From NCBI GenBank assembly GCA_963758495.1, contig CAVWVI010000003.1, positions 1,120,001-1,184,000 on the forward strand: a DNA stretch of 64,000 nt. The letters run 5' to 3'. The stretch is from Oligoflexia bacterium (GTDB lineage Bacteria > Bdellovibrionota > UBA1018). The notes under the pieces were generated by a model. It searched no databases. It saw nothing but the letters and a program-made list of their open reading frames with translations, and was not told the origin of the DNA. Position numbers and translations under genes: made by a program. Below are positions 19,683 through 31,017 of this stretch, in pieces; position 1 is the first letter of the stretch; the number at the start of each line of letters is the position of its first letter.

Positions 19683-21479
19683 ATGTCAAAAAATATCCGT
19701 AACTTTTGTATTATAGCTCATATTGATCACGGCAAATCCACCTTGGCTGATCGCCTGCTGGAACGTACTGGCACTGTTACAGCTCGGGAAATGGAGGCTC
19801 AATTTCTGGATAGTATGGATATCGAGCGTGAACGCGGGATTACCATCAAAGCCCAGAGCGTCCGCTTAAATTATAAGGCCAAAGATGGTCAAACTTATAT
19901 TCTCAATTTGATCGATACTCCAGGTCACGTTGACTTCACTTACGAAGTCTCTCGGTCCCTAGCTGCCTGTGAAGGAGCCATTTTAGTGGTGGACGCCTCC
20001 CAAGGGGTAGAAGCTCAAACTCTCGCAAACGTATTTATGGCGCTGGACAATAACCTCGAAGTTTTTCCGGCAGTGAACAAAATTGACCTACCTTCAGCAG
20101 ATCCGGATCGAGTGCTCCAAGAAGTGGATGAAATGATTGGCATGGTGGATATCAACCATGCTGTCATGTGCAGCGCAAAGTCCGGAATCGGAATTGATGA
20201 AATTCTTGAAGCGGTCGTTAAATATTTTCCTGCGCCTAAAGATGCAGATAACGAACCGTTGAGAGCTCTGATTTTCGACAGTTGGTATGACACTTATCAA
20301 GGTGTCATTGCTCTATGCCGGGTATTTGAAGGTCAGATTTCCAAAGGCACTAAGATTAAACTTTTCCACATGGGAAAAGAATTTGAAGTTCAACGAGTCG
20401 GCACTTTTTCCCCTAAGTTTAAAGACGTGGAAACGATTTCAAGCGGCGAAGTGGGCGCCATCGTTTGCGGTATTCGAGACGTCAGAGACATGAGAGTGGG
20501 AGAGACGATTATGGATATATCGAATCTCACCTCCGAACCCTTAGGCGGGTTTAAGGAAGTTAAACCCATGGTTTTTTGCGGGGTCTATCCGATTGACGCC
20601 GATGAGTATAATGATCTAAAGGAAGCTTTGGAAAAACTCCAGCTCAACGATTCTGCGATCAGCTGGGAACCCGAGACCTCCAGTGCTCTGGGATTTGGAT
20701 TTCGATGTGGCTTTTTAGGCCTACTTCATATGGATGTGGTTCAAGAAAGATTAGAAAGAGAATACAATCTTAACTTAATTACTACAGCACCTTCAGTCAT
20801 TTATCGAGTGACACAAACTGATCATGTCGTTCTAATGATCGATAATCCATCACGGCTACCGGATCTTACTCGTATTCAAACCATTGAGGAGCCCTACATC
20901 AAGCTTTCGATTTTCATGCCAAGTGAATATGTCGGCGTAGTGATGTCGCTTTGTAACGACCGACGAGGAATACAAGATAAACTCGAATATACTACAAAAG
21001 ACAGAGTCTCACTCATCTATCAAATGCCTTTGAATGAAATGGTATTTGATTTTTACGATCGTCTTAAAAGCGCAACCAAGGGTTACGCCTCTATGGACTA
21101 CGAACTCGTTGATTACCGTCCCGCAGATTTGGTTAAACTTGATATTCTCATCAATAGCGAACCCGTAGATGCACTCTCTCTCATCATTCATCGAGATAAA
21201 GCCGCTTATCGCGGAAGAGAGCTTGCGAAAAAAATGAAAGAGCTCATTGAGCGACAAATGTTTGAAATCTCCATTCAAGCTGCTATTGGTTCAAAAATTA
21301 TTGCCCGAGAAAGTATTTCTGCTCTCAGAAAAAATGTCACCGCAAAATGTTACGGGGGTGATATTTCGAGAAAAAGAAAACTCTTGGAAAAACAAAAAGA
21401 AGGTAAGAAAAGAATGAAGCAAGTGGGCAGCGTAGAAATCCCTCAAGAGGCATTTCTAGCAGTTCTAAAAGTAGATTAA
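19683..21479 (+). CDS. lepA: Elongation factor 4
   Basis: [35 protein letters not shown]. Confidence 0.98.
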   Translation: MSKNIRNFCIIAHIDHGKSTLADRLLERTGTVTAREMEAQFLDSMDIERERGITIKAQSVRLNYKAKDGQTYILNLIDTPGHVDFTYEVSRSLAACEGAILVVDASQGVEAQTLANVFMALDNNLEVFPAVNKIDLPSADPDRVLQEVDEMIGMVDINHAVMCSAKSGIGIDEILEAVVKYFPAPKDADNEPLRALIFDSWYDTYQGVIALCRVFEGQISKGTKIKLFHMGKEFEVQRVGTFSPKFKDVETISSGEVGAIVCGIRDVRDMRVGETIMDISNLTSEPLGGFKEVKPMVFCGVYPIDADEYNDLKEALEKLQLNDSAISWEPETSSALGFGFRCGFLGLLHMDVVQERLEREYNLNLITTAPSVIYRVTQTDHVVLMIDNPSRLPDLTRIQTIEEPYIKLSIFMPSEYVGVVMSLCNDRRGIQDKLEYTTKDRVSLIYQMPLNEMVFDFYDRLKSATKGYASMDYELVDYRPADLVKLDILINSEPVDALSLIIHRDKAAYRGRELAKKMKELIERQMFEISIQAAIGSKIIARESISALRKNVTAKCYGGDISRKRKLLEKQKEGKKRMKQVGSVEIPQEAFLAVLKVD

Positions 21480-21494
21480 TGGTGAGGTAGGTGA

Positions 21495-22163
21495 ATGGCG
21501 GCGAGTCTTTCTACGAGTAAAATCATTAGAGACTACTTTATTACTGTAATCATAGCGCTTTCAGTCGCTTTGATAGTCCGAAATTTTATTATTGAAGCCT
21601 ACCGTATTCCTAGCGCCGCTATGAAACCCACACTGATTTCCGGTGACATTATATTTGTAGCCAAGTGGCCTTTTTTAACTCAAAAAAACAAAATCCCCCA
21701 TCGTGGAGATGTAGTCGTTTTTTCGCACGCCGCACTCGAGTCGTCCCCAAATTTTATCAAACGTGTTATAGGACTACCAGGTGATGTGGTCGCCATGAAA
21801 AAGGGACAAATCATTCTTAATGGAACGACTATTCCATCCCGTACTATCAACAAGCACCCAAACGAGCTCTGCTCAATCGAAACTCTACCCGAAGGTAAGC
21901 AATATAGCATTTGCAGAGACTCTTCAGCGATACAAGATTTTGGGCCCGAAAAGATCCCTGAGGGATCAGTTTTTGTCATGGGAGACTACCGTACTCATCT
22001 GGACACGCTAAAAAGAAAAGGCTGGGGAATGATTCCTCTTCTAGCATTACAAGGCAAAGCACTTTATATTTGGCTTTCGCTTGACCCTCATACAAAGAGT
22101 GCCTTCTCTTTTTTCCCAATCCCTAAATTTAATCTAGACCGAATGTTTCAGAGGATTCAATAG
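21495..22163 (+). CDS. lepB: Signal peptidase I
   Basis: IPS..M.PTL, FIKRVIGLPGD, FVMGD; follows lepA. Confidence 0.88.
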   Translation: MAASLSTSKIIRDYFITVIIALSVALIVRNFIIEAYRIPSAAMKPTLISGDIIFVAKWPFLTQKNKIPHRGDVVVFSHAALESSPNFIKRVIGLPGDVVAMKKGQIILNGTTIPSRTINKHPNELCSIETLPEGKQYSICRDSSAIQDFGPEKIPEGSVFVMGDYRTHLDTLKRKGWGMIPLLALQGKALYIWLSLDPHTKSAFSFFPIPKFNLDRMFQRIQ

Positions 22164-22165
22164 CT

Positions 22166-23125
22166 ATGATTGAAAATAAAACTTCAAATCTCCTTGCCGC
22201 AGCGGATTTAACTGAAAAGCAAATTCGATACTATCTTGCTTCTGCAAAAGCGCTTTCCAAATTTGTTGCGCGGGGAGAATCTATTCCACTTTTGAAAGGA
22301 TTAACGGTAGTTAATCTTTTCTTTGAAAATTCGACACGCACTCGTACTTCTTTTGAATTGGCTACTCGTAAGCTGGAAGGGAGTACTTTAAATTTTGCTG
22401 CATCCACTTCAAGCGTGCAAAAAGGGGAAACTCTGATTGATACTGCTAAAACAATCCAAGCGATGGGCCCTCATTGCCTCGTCGTCAGACATGCTTCTGC
22501 AGGAAGTCCCCATGTGTTAGCTCGATCGCTTAAGATTCCAGTCATTAATGCAGGTGATGGATTTCACGAACACCCCACGCAAGGGCTGCTCGATGCCTTT
22601 ACAATTGAAGAAAAATTAGGGTCTATTGAAGGCAAGAAAATCATCATTCTAGGAGATATTGCTCATAGCCGAGTTGCTCGTTCTAATATTCACATCTTAA
22701 AAAAATTAGGCGCCTTTGTGACTATCTGCGGCCCGCCAACGCTACTTCCTCCTTCTCCCCAAGTTCTCGGTGTCGACTTTGCCTATCGACTTGAAGATCT
22801 ACTTCCAAAAGCGGACGTAGTCATGGCACTGCGAATTCAAATGGAGCGACAGAATAAAATGCAAATCCCTTCTCTCGCAGAATACTCGCGCGTATGGGGT
22901 TTGAATCGAGAACGAGCGAAACTTCTCAAACCACAAGCCATTATTCTGCATCCGGGACCCATCAACCGGGGTGTTGAAATCGATCCCGAAGTGGCAGATG
23001 ACCCAAAGTCCGTGATCCTCGACCAAGTTTTTAATGGAATTATCATACGTATGGCTGTCTTAGCTCAAAGTTGTAACCCCAAGGGGCTATCTGAGTGGCT
23101 AGAGAAAGTAGGTGCCCGTGTCTAA
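22166..23125 (+). CDS. pyrB: Aspartate carbamoyltransferase, catalytic subunit
   Basis: FENSTRT, HPTQ, GDIAHSRVARS, HPGPINRG. Confidence 0.96.
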   Translation: MIENKTSNLLAAADLTEKQIRYYLASAKALSKFVARGESIPLLKGLTVVNLFFENSTRTRTSFELATRKLEGSTLNFAASTSSVQKGETLIDTAKTIQAMGPHCLVVRHASAGSPHVLARSLKIPVINAGDGFHEHPTQGLLDAFTIEEKLGSIEGKKIIILGDIAHSRVARSNIHILKKLGAFVTICGPPTLLPPSPQVLGVDFAYRLEDLLPKADVVMALRIQMERQNKMQIPSLAEYSRVWGLNRERAKLLKPQAIILHPGPINRGVEIDPEVADDPKSVILDQVFNGIIIRMAVLAQSCNPKGLSEWLEKVGARV

Positions 23126-24416
23126 TCATTTTTCACTTTTGATTCAAGGTGGACGAATTATTGATCCCTCTCAAAATTTGGATACTTTAGGCGACCTCCT
23201 TCTTGAAGATGGAAAAATTTCAGCAATCGACGGCCCCGGAAAAATCCCACCCCATCGAGCTTTTCAAGTGATTGCAGCTCATGGAAAATGGATTGTCCCT
23301 GGACTCATTGACATTCACGTCCATCTACGAGAGCCCGGTTTAGAATATAAAGAAACCATAGAAACAGGAACTCGCGCTGCCAGTGCCGGAGGTTTCACCT
23401 CAGTTGCTTGTATGGCAAATACACAACCTGTCAATGATAACTCCTATGTCACTTCCTTTATTCGTGAAAAAGCAAAGGCAGTAGGATCCTGCCGCGTTTT
23501 TCCTATTGGTGCAGTCACCAAAGGATTGAAAGGCGAGGAACTCGCTGAAATCGGCGGGATGGTGGCTGAAGGAGCCTGTGCGATCAGTGACGATGGAATG
23601 CCTGTCATGAATTCTTATTTAATGCGCAAAGCAATGGATTATTCCAAAGCCTTTGGCATACCTATTATCAGTCACGCCGAAGATGCCAATTTAGTAGCGC
23701 AAGGAGTGATCAACGAAAGCGCATTCTCAAATGAACTTGGACTGAGAGGAAATCCTGCAGCAGCAGAAGAAATTATGGTAGCTCGTGAGATTGCGCTTTG
23801 TCGTCTCACTCGCGCTCCTATTCACATTGCGCATATATCAACTGAAGTTGCCCTAGAACATCTTCGTAGAGCCAAAGAAGCTGGCTTGCCCGTTACCGCT
23901 GAGGCATCCCCTCATCATTTAATATTAACAGAAGAAAACTTACGAAGTTACGATACGCAATTTAAAATGGCACCTCCCCTTCGATCAGCAAAAGATGTAG
24001 AAGCATTACGCAAAGCAGTTGCAGACGGATTAGTCGAAATTATCGCAACTGATCACGCCCCCCATGGCATTGTAGATAAAGCAGTTGAATTCGATCAGGC
24101 CGCAAATGGTATTATAGGATTACAAACAGCGATCCCATTGACGCTCAAGTTAGTCCACGACGGAATTATTTCGCCTCGACGATGGGTAGATAGCCTTTCT
24201 TATCAACCTGCTCGTCTCCTCAATTTACCCTTCGGCACTTTGCGAAAAGGCCAACCCGCAGACGTAACTTTAATTGAACCCGATTTGGCATGGACTTTCA
24301 CAGAAGATCGAATCTTCTCAAAAAGTCGTAATTCTCCTTTTTTGGGTTGGCAATTTAAGGGCGGTGTCTTTGCAACTATTATTAATGGAAAAATCGTCCA
24401 TCAAGAGGGAAGGTAA
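23112..24416 (+). CDS. pyrC: Dihydroorotase
   Basis: D.HVHLREPG, M.NT.P, PPLR, ATDHAPH. Confidence 0.95.
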   Translation: MPVSNHFSLLIQGGRIIDPSQNLDTLGDLLLEDGKISAIDGPGKIPPHRAFQVIAAHGKWIVPGLIDIHVHLREPGLEYKETIETGTRAASAGGFTSVACMANTQPVNDNSYVTSFIREKAKAVGSCRVFPIGAVTKGLKGEELAEIGGMVAEGACAISDDGMPVMNSYLMRKAMDYSKAFGIPIISHAEDANLVAQGVINESAFSNELGLRGNPAAAEEIMVAREIALCRLTRAPIHIAHISTEVALEHLRRAKEAGLPVTAEASPHHLILTEENLRSYDTQFKMAPPLRSAKDVEALRKAVADGLVEIIATDHAPHGIVDKAVEFDQAANGIIGLQTAIPLTLKLVHDGIISPRRWVDSLSYQPARLLNLPFGTLRKGQPADVTLIEPDLAWTFTEDRIFSKSRNSPFLGWQFKGGVFATIINGKIVHQEGR

Positions 24417-25568
24417 ATGAAACTCGTAAAAACTGAACCGGGTGTGCTCATATTAGAAGATGAAAGTGAATTTCTAGGTTTCTTATATGGGGCCCCTATT
24501 TCGGCAGACATCATTCGATCTTCTCACGCCCATAAAGACTTTGGATATGGAGAAGTCGTCTTCAATACTTCCATGACAGGTTACCAGGAAATTCTGACTG
24601 ACCCTTCCTATTATGGACAGATCATTTGCATGACGGTTCCTCATATTGGAAATACTGGAGTCAATTTAGAAGACCCAGAGAGTCCTCATCCTTGGTGTTC
24701 AGGATTTGTCCTTCATGAAGCCTGCGATGAACCCTCCAATTGGCGATCCAACGGAACGTTGAACGATTATCTCATTGCCCATAAAATTCCCGCGATTCGA
24801 GGTGTAAATACTCGAGCCCTCACTCGGCATTTAAGATCGAGAGGAGTTCTTCGAGGAGTCATCTTACCCTTAGCTGAAAAGGCTCAAGCTCAGGCGCTCC
24901 TCAATGATCTTCCTCCATTCGAAGGAAGAGACTTAATTGGAGAAGTGAGCACTCGCGAATCCTATATGTGGAGAAGCTCAAAAACCCCCCCGCTCTATCG
25001 AGTGGTTGCAATGGATTTTGGAGCTAAATGGAATTTATTCAAAAGCCTTGAAAGTAGAGGATGTGAAATCCAAGTGGTACCCGCAAAAACTACTTCCAAA
25101 GAAATTTTAGCCCTGAATCCAGATGGTGTATTTTTATCCAATGGACCAGGAGATCCTGCTGCAGCACATTATGCTGCTAAAACTGTTCAGGAAATTTTAG
25201 GGAAGGTCCCGATTTTTGGAGTTTGCATGGGCCATCAAATCCTAGCACTTGCTTTAGGAGCAAAGACATATAAGCTAAAATTTGGACATCGTGGTGGGAA
25301 TCAACCGGTCTTAGATCGCATGACTGGGCATGTGGAGATTAGCTCCCATAATCACGGATATGCGGTTGACGCCAACTCACTTCCCCCATCCGTGGATGTC
25401 ACACATATTAACTTGAATGATAAAACGGTGGAGGGCTTGGCGGTGAGAAATTTAAATGCCTTTTCAGTGCAATACCATCCTGAATCTTGTCCTGGCCCGC
25501 ATGACTCAGTAGTATTATTTGAAAGATTCATTCAGAACATGAAAAACAATGTATCAAAAATATCTTGA
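24417..25568 (+). CDS. carA: Carbamoyl-phosphate synthase small subunit
   Basis: GEVVFNT.MTGYQE, LSNGPGDP, GVCMGHQ, QYHPE. Confidence 0.96.
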   Translation: MKLVKTEPGVLILEDESEFLGFLYGAPISADIIRSSHAHKDFGYGEVVFNTSMTGYQEILTDPSYYGQIICMTVPHIGNTGVNLEDPESPHPWCSGFVLHEACDEPSNWRSNGTLNDYLIAHKIPAIRGVNTRALTRHLRSRGVLRGVILPLAEKAQAQALLNDLPPFEGRDLIGEVSTRESYMWRSSKTPPLYRVVAMDFGAKWNLFKSLESRGCEIQVVPAKTTSKEILALNPDGVFLSNGPGDPAAAHYAAKTVQEILGKVPIFGVCMGHQILALALGAKTYKLKFGHRGGNQPVLDRMTGHVEISSHNHGYAVDANSLPPSVDVTHINLNDKTVEGLAVRNLNAFSVQYHPESCPGPHDSVVLFERFIQNMKNNVSKIS

Positions 25569-26190
25569 ACCTATCATTGAAGACTTTACCACTGGCGAAT
25601 ATTACCGTGAGGTATATAACGCGAAACTCGAATATTTTGAGAAGGCAGGAATTGTATACGAAGACGATTCCGAATTTGAACAAAGAATGTGTATCTTTAT
25701 GGATTGGTACCTCTTCGATCGAGACCTGCCCGGTGTCGACCTGCCTCCCATCAAATATTATTTCAGAAAAAATAAAGACCGTTTTTCAAGCGAAGAACTC
25801 AATATATATAGAGACTTTTGCTCTACTGTTCATTCTATTTTTCGTTTAAAACGTTTTTCCTGGGGTCGAAAAGGGTTTGTGATTCTTGACCTTTTTTCGA
25901 ATAAAACTCACACTGTCACTGAGTCAGAAATTAATAAAGGATTTGCTCGGGGAGATATTTTTGAAGCACGCATTATTCCCTTTCAGGGAAGCAATGAGTT
26001 CTCTCGCGGATTTTGCTTTCATCCTGCGGAAGTAGTTCCATTTATCTCTGGAGAAGTTAAAAAAGTTCGTTTTCAAGACAAAAGCCGACAAACTAAGCTT
26101 ATTTTGCAGCTCTCAGCAATGAAACTCAAGCATGTCAGATTTCCACACATTGATGTTCGGCACATCTATAAATTCGAATCACGCTTCTAA
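25549..26190 (+). CDS. Hypothetical protein
   Basis: 213-aa ORF overlapping the carA end by 20 nt; protein-like composition. Confidence 0.65.
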   Translation: MYQKYLEPIIEDFTTGEYYREVYNAKLEYFEKAGIVYEDDSEFEQRMCIFMDWYLFDRDLPGVDLPPIKYYFRKNKDRFSSEELNIYRDFCSTVHSIFRLKRFSWGRKGFVILDLFSNKTHTVTESEINKGFARGDIFEARIIPFQGSNEFSRGFCFHPAEVVPFISGEVKKVRFQDKSRQTKLILQLSAMKLKHVRFPHIDVRHIYKFESRF

Positions 26191-26381
26191 AGAGCGAGGA
26201 GCTTTTGTTGCTGCATTAGAAGTTCCTTTCCGGCTGTTGATGGGTTGAACGCTTAATGTTATTTTTTTTCAGAAAAATCTTGCGCGATACCCCTGAGTTC
26301 ACCTAAATAGAAGTCACTAGAATCCTACGTGGGGAAAGCTAGTAAAACTACTTACAGTACAACTGTACTAGAGGAGAATTT

Positions 26382-26615
26382 ATGAAAAAGACCGCTTCAA
26401 TCATGATTGCTTTATTTGCGTTTTCAACTGTTGCATTTGCTGAAGGCGAAAAGACAGAAACTCCAGCTGCTGCAGAACACACTGCAACAACAACCGAACA
26501 TGCTGCAACGGAAACAACCACTGCTCCAGTTGCTAAGAAGCATGAGAAGAAACATCACTCTGCAAAAGCTAAAAAAGCCGCTGATAAAGCTGCAGAAACT
26601 CCAAAAGCTGAGTAA
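26382..26615 (+). CDS. Small secreted Ala/Lys/His/Thr-rich disordered protein (acid-shock Asr-like composition)
   Basis: RBS GAGGAG, signal peptide ending AFA, low-complexity mature part, terminator downstream. Confidence 0.75.
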   Translation: MKKTASIMIALFAFSTVAFAEGEKTETPAAAEHTATTTEHAATETTTAPVAKKHEKKHHSAKAKKAADKAAETPKAE

Positions 26616-26633
26616 TCTTCTTTTAGATGTTTT

Positions 26634-26672
26634 AACCCCCGAATTGTTATTTCAATTCCGGGGGTTTTTTTT
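26634..26672 (+). terminator. Rho-independent terminator
   Basis: AACCCCCGAATTG-loop-CAATTCCGGGGG followed by T8. Confidence 0.85.
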
Positions 26673-26695
26673 ATCTACAGAATGCGCTAGGCTTT

Positions 26696-26802
26696 CTATA
26701 GGATTCAAGAAAATGTCTTTTGTGCCGGGGATCCAAATTTAAACGTCCCAAAAGACATTTTCTTGAATCCTCACAACTAAAGGAATATCTTTAAATCTAT
26801 AG
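26696..26802 (+). mobile_element. MITE/REP-like palindromic element, copy 2
   Basis: Inverted, diverged copy of 7007-7110; TATA at both ends. Confidence 0.75.
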
Positions 26803-26804
26803 CC

Positions 26805-27884
26805 ATGGCTCCATCTAAGATTTTAGCTATCAAACTCAGATCTCTTGGAGACACGGTGCTCATGACAGCACCCCTCATAGAACTCACACGTGCATTTCCA
26901 CAAGCTAGAATTGACGTGGTAGCAACACAGGAATGGGCGCCTCTCCTTGAGGGAATTCCTGGAATCAATCAAATACTTCCTATTCAACGCTCTCATGTCA
27001 TTCGCTTCGCACTTCATGCTTGGAGAAAAAAATACGATTGTGTCGTAAATTTTCATGCCAGCTCATCTAGTTCTTTTTTATCATTAGCAACCGGTGCCAA
27101 ATTAAGATCAATCCATTTTCATGGTCATCAAGACAGAAATCGGTACTCCACTGTCACGATTCCTGGAAAGGGAACGCTCAAACCTATTATTGAACGGGAC
27201 ATGGATTCGCTTCGTGCCCTAGGCCTGCATATTCCGGCAGGGCGCAGCCCTCACCTCTATTTGCAACCGGCCGAAATCCGAGAAGCCTCGACGTTTTATG
27301 ATAAGCTCAGATTATCAGAACCGAGATTGATTCTTGGATTAGGCGCGAGTCGGCCGACCAAAAGTTGGCCCATTGAACGGTTTGCCTCCTTAGCGATTGA
27401 ATGGGTGCAAAAAGAAAGGGGCAGTGTTCTTGCGATTGCTAGCTCCAATGAAGATTTTAAAATAACCAGTTTTTTAAAGCTCATTGATGACCACCTCTTT
27501 GCGAGTTTGAGTCGTTCTGAAGATCGTTCACGAATTCGAGAAAAAATAGCGGCAGTCAGTCATCTTAAAATTAGACAACTGGCAGCTGTAATCCAACAAG
27601 CTTCCGTTTTTGCGGGAAATGACTCCGGCCCTAAACATATCGCCGTGGCAGTTGATACACCTACAGTGACTCTTTTTGGTCCCGAAGATCCTTTTGAATG
27701 GCATCCCTACCCAAAAGAACGACATCCTTATTTGTTTATTGACCCTCTTCCTTGTCGGCGGGATGCCGATCCAGGAATGCCTCCCTGGTGTGGACTACAA
27801 AATTGCATTATCGAAGAACACAAATGTATGCGCCAAATCGGAGTAGACTCAGTCCTCGCACAATGCCAGCGTGTCGTAAAATGA
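26805..27884 (+). CDS. Glycosyltransferase family 9 (LPS heptosyltransferase-like)
   Basis: LGD.VL..P, K.WP.ERF, GNDSGP.H.A.A...P.V.LFGP. Confidence 0.9.
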   Translation: MAPSKILAIKLRSLGDTVLMTAPLIELTRAFPQARIDVVATQEWAPLLEGIPGINQILPIQRSHVIRFALHAWRKKYDCVVNFHASSSSSFLSLATGAKLRSIHFHGHQDRNRYSTVTIPGKGTLKPIIERDMDSLRALGLHIPAGRSPHLYLQPAEIREASTFYDKLRLSEPRLILGLGASRPTKSWPIERFASLAIEWVQKERGSVLAIASSNEDFKITSFLKLIDDHLFASLSRSEDRSRIREKIAAVSHLKIRQLAAVIQQASVFAGNDSGPKHIAVAVDTPTVTLFGPEDPFEWHPYPKERHPYLFIDPLPCRRDADPGMPPWCGLQNCIIEEHKCMRQIGVDSVLAQCQRVVK

Positions 27885-27897
27885 TCGGGCAAAAAAT

Positions 27898-28809
27898 ATG
27901 AAAATTTCTGGCTTCTCACTGATTCGCAACGGAACTCAATTCGATTATCCCTATTTAGAATCTCTCAGATCTCTTCTTCCTCTCGTAGACGAACTCGTAA
28001 TTAATGTTGGAATCGGTGATGATAATAGCCTAGAAAAAGTGCGTACATTTTCTCAACAGGAAGGAAAAGGCAAAGTTTTCTTTTTTGAATCCGATTGGCA
28101 GCTAGACAACCCAGAGAAAAAACGTGGAGGCTTAATTTTATCCGAACAAACCAATCTTGCACTCGATCGCTGTTCCCATGACTGGTGTGTCTATCTTCAG
28201 GCAGATGAAATTCTTCATCAAGACGATATTGCAAAAATCGCTGGTACGATTCAAAAGGTTAACTCCAAAAGAGCGATTGAAGGTTTACTCTTTGACTATC
28301 GGCACTTTTATGGATCTTTTGATGTCATACAAAAATCTCGGAATGTTTATCGAAGAGAAGTGCGAGCCATTCGCAAGAGTTCAGATGCCAGAAGTGTGGG
28401 CGATGCACAAAGCTTTAGAAAGCAAAATGGAGAAAAGCTCACAGTGATTCATTCAGGGGCACGAATTTTTCATTACGGCTGGGTAAGAAACCCTGAGGCA
28501 ATGAAAGAAAAAACTTTTCACTTTGATCAACTTTATCACGGTGATCCAAGCCCAGAAAACGTGAAAAATAGAACTCCTCATACGGGTGATAACTATCGTT
28601 ATAAGAAGATTTGGGGCCTTCAGTCTTTTAAAGAAACACACCCCAACGTCATGGCAGATCGAATCAAAAATAAAGGCTGGCATTGGGATTTAGAAAATTC
28701 TCCCTTCATTTTTTCGTGGAAAGATACGAAGAGAGTCGTATTAGATACGATTGAACGAGTGACAGGTTATCGATTATTTGAATACCGGAGCTACAAACTC
28801 ATAAAATAA
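27898..28809 (+). CDS. Glycosyltransferase family 2-like
   Basis: ISGF..IRN...DYP, LQADE, HYGWVR. Confidence 0.75.
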   Translation: MKISGFSLIRNGTQFDYPYLESLRSLLPLVDELVINVGIGDDNSLEKVRTFSQQEGKGKVFFFESDWQLDNPEKKRGGLILSEQTNLALDRCSHDWCVYLQADEILHQDDIAKIAGTIQKVNSKRAIEGLLFDYRHFYGSFDVIQKSRNVYRREVRAIRKSSDARSVGDAQSFRKQNGEKLTVIHSGARIFHYGWVRNPEAMKEKTFHFDQLYHGDPSPENVKNRTPHTGDNYRYKKIWGLQSFKETHPNVMADRIKNKGWHWDLENSPFIFSWKDTKRVVLDTIERVTGYRLFEYRSYKLIK

Positions 28810-28811
28810 GG

Positions 28812-29630
28812 CTACTTATTTTCTTGATAGCCTTTGACGGCCCATTTGTACTGATGATCACTCAAGAGTAATTGATATTTTACTTCGTTTTCCTGGGTGG
28901 GCACCCGTCGTTTATGAAAGACATGAAATTGAATGCAAAGCCCTTTCGCTCCAATCGATTTTTTTCCTGAATTTCTCAATCGAATGTAAAGATCCCCGTC
29001 CTCTCCCCAATAGGATTCCATGGATTCATTAAAACCATTCACATCTTTAATATCAGACGTCCAAGCACCTAAATTACTGCCTAAGATATCTAATGGCGTA
29101 TCGTAGCCAAAAAACTGCCTTAATTTCGTATAAGGGATTCGAATTCCTCGTTTTAAAAACTGGGTATCTTTTATTAAACGACTGAAGATCATATTCAGAT
29201 CGAGATGATCAAACTTGCCGTTTTGCACACCCGCCACCGTCAATTTCGAGCTGATCCGCTCTCCCAAATCCACTCGCCGTCCACATACAAAATGCCCTGT
29301 TTTTCTGAGATGAATATGATCTTCGATAAAATGTCGTTCAAGAATGACATCTCCGTCTAAGAAAATGAGGTAATCCGCTTTCACCTGTCTCAGTGCTTCA
29401 TTCAAAATTTTTGATTTTCTGTATCCTTGATCTTTTTGAGAAATAAATTGAACAGCAAAAGTGTGGGGTGCATAACAAAAAACCTCTGTCTCATCACTCG
29501 ATCCATCATCTGCAATCACCACTTCGAAATTTCGAAAGGTTTGCCGCTCAAGGCTTGCAAAAAGGAGCTTTAAAGTCCGAACCTGATTATAAGACGTTAC
29601 AATCACCGATACAGTAGGATTCTGAGACAT
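28812..29630 (-). CDS. Glycosyltransferase family 2
   Basis: SVIV.SYN, DDGSSD, FLDGD, GF.E....WGED. Confidence 0.88.
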   Translation of the reverse strand: MSQNPTVSVIVTSYNQVRTLKLLFASLERQTFRNFEVVIADDGSSDETEVFCYAPHTFAVQFISQKDQGYRKSKILNEALRQVKADYLIFLDGDVILERHFIEDHIHLRKTGHFVCGRRVDLGERISSKLTVAGVQNGKFDHLDLNMIFSRLIKDTQFLKRGIRIPYTKLRQFFGYDTPLDILGSNLGAWTSDIKDVNGFNESMESYWGEDGDLYIRLRNSGKKSIGAKGLCIQFHVFHKRRVPTQENEVKYQLLLSDHQYKWAVKGYQENK

Positions 29631-29641
29631 AAATTTTCCGC

Positions 29642-30955
29642 TTAAAGTCCGAACTTCCCTCTCCCTATGGAATAATAAATAAATCCACGATCCAGCATTT
29701 GCCGGGGCTCAAATAGATTTCGACCATCAAAAATAATCGCTGATTTTAACGTTTTTTTAACTCGATCGAAATCTACCTGTCTAAACTCATTCCATTCCGT
29801 AATCACCAGAAGCGCATCCGCGCCTTCAAGTGCAAGATACGAATTTGAACAAAAGGTGACTCGAGAGTCAAAAAACTGCTTAGCATTATCCATAGCAACT
29901 GGATCAAATGCCTTAATGGTTGCACCTGCATCCAGAAGCTCCTGAATCACCGTTAGAGAGGGCGCTTCTCTCATATCATCTGTATTCGGCTTAAACGCTA
30001 GACCCCAAATAGCAAAAACTTTACCTTTCAACTCTTCACTATAATGTTTCTTCACTAAATCAGACAAATAGCGCTTTTGACGGCTATTCGCTGACTCAGC
30101 GGCAGCCACGATACCCATGGGAACACGATGCTGAAGTGCGGTAACTAAAAGTGCTTGAATATCCTTTGGAAAACACGATCCGCCATAACCCACACCCGGA
30201 TAAAGAAAATGCTTTCCAATACGAATATCCGTTATCATGCCGCGTCGTACTTTTTCAATATCACCACCGACCTTGTCACAGAGCACTGCCAGCTCATTCA
30301 TAAAACTGATTCGCGCTGCGAGAAATGAATTACATGCATACTTGGTGATCTCTGCTGAGATGGGATCCATCCAAATCACAGGATCTCCCTGTCGCACAAA
30401 AGGAGCATAAAGTTCAGCCATTTTTAAATAAACTTCCTCTTGAGAAGTCCCGATAATCACACGATCCGGTCTTAAAAAATCACCTACCGCGGTCCCTTCT
30501 TTGAGAAATTCAGGATTACTGACTACGTCAAAACGGTGTTTTGTATGTTGACCAATCCATTCAGCAGTCAATTGATGACTGCCGATCGGTACCGTGGATT
30601 TATTCACGATGAGGCAATATCCTTGAAGACTTTTTCCTACCTCTTCAGCAGCTGCTTTTAAGTATTGAAGATCCGGTTCTCCAGTAGAAAGGGAAGGCGT
30701 GCCCACGGCTAGGAAAATAATTTCACAATGAGAAACCGCCTCCGAAATTGAAGTGGTAAAGCTGAGTCGCCGATTAGCAAGGCCCTGCTTCACAAGACTT
30801 TCTAACCCTGGCTCAAATATCGGAATAGTTCCCTTACGAAGCGCATCAATCTTATGTTGATCTTTGTCGACACAAAATACTCTATTTCCAGTATCAGCAA
30901 AGCAAGCTCCCGCAACTAAACCCACATAGCCTGTTCCAATGATTGCAATATGCAT
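29642..30955 (-). CDS. ugd: UDP-glucose 6-dehydrogenase
   Basis: GTGYVG, KSTVP, NPEFL.EG, GYGGSCFPKD, GLAFKPNTDD.RE. Confidence 0.94.
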   Translation of the reverse strand: MHIAIIGTGYVGLVAGACFADTGNRVFCVDKDQHKIDALRKGTIPIFEPGLESLVKQGLANRRLSFTTSISEAVSHCEIIFLAVGTPSLSTGEPDLQYLKAAAEEVGKSLQGYCLIVNKSTVPIGSHQLTAEWIGQHTKHRFDVVSNPEFLKEGTAVGDFLRPDRVIIGTSQEEVYLKMAELYAPFVRQGDPVIWMDPISAEITKYACNSFLAARISFMNELAVLCDKVGGDIEKVRRGMITDIRIGKHFLYPGVGYGGSCFPKDIQALLVTALQHRVPMGIVAAAESANSRQKRYLSDLVKKHYSEELKGKVFAIWGLAFKPNTDDMREAPSLTVIQELLDAGATIKAFDPVAMDNAKQFFDSRVTFCSNSYLALEGADALLVITEWNEFRQVDFDRVKKTLKSAIIFDGRNLFEPRQMLDRGFIYYSIGRGKFGL

Positions 30956-31017
30956 ATATTACAACTTCTCCCAAATTTAAAAGGTTTGTGCTAGTTCTTT
31001 TTAAAACTGGAAAAAAT

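Noticed and set aside
26310..26380. Riboswitch upstream of the small secreted protein
   Set aside because: Only short hairpins; no recognisable aptamer consensus
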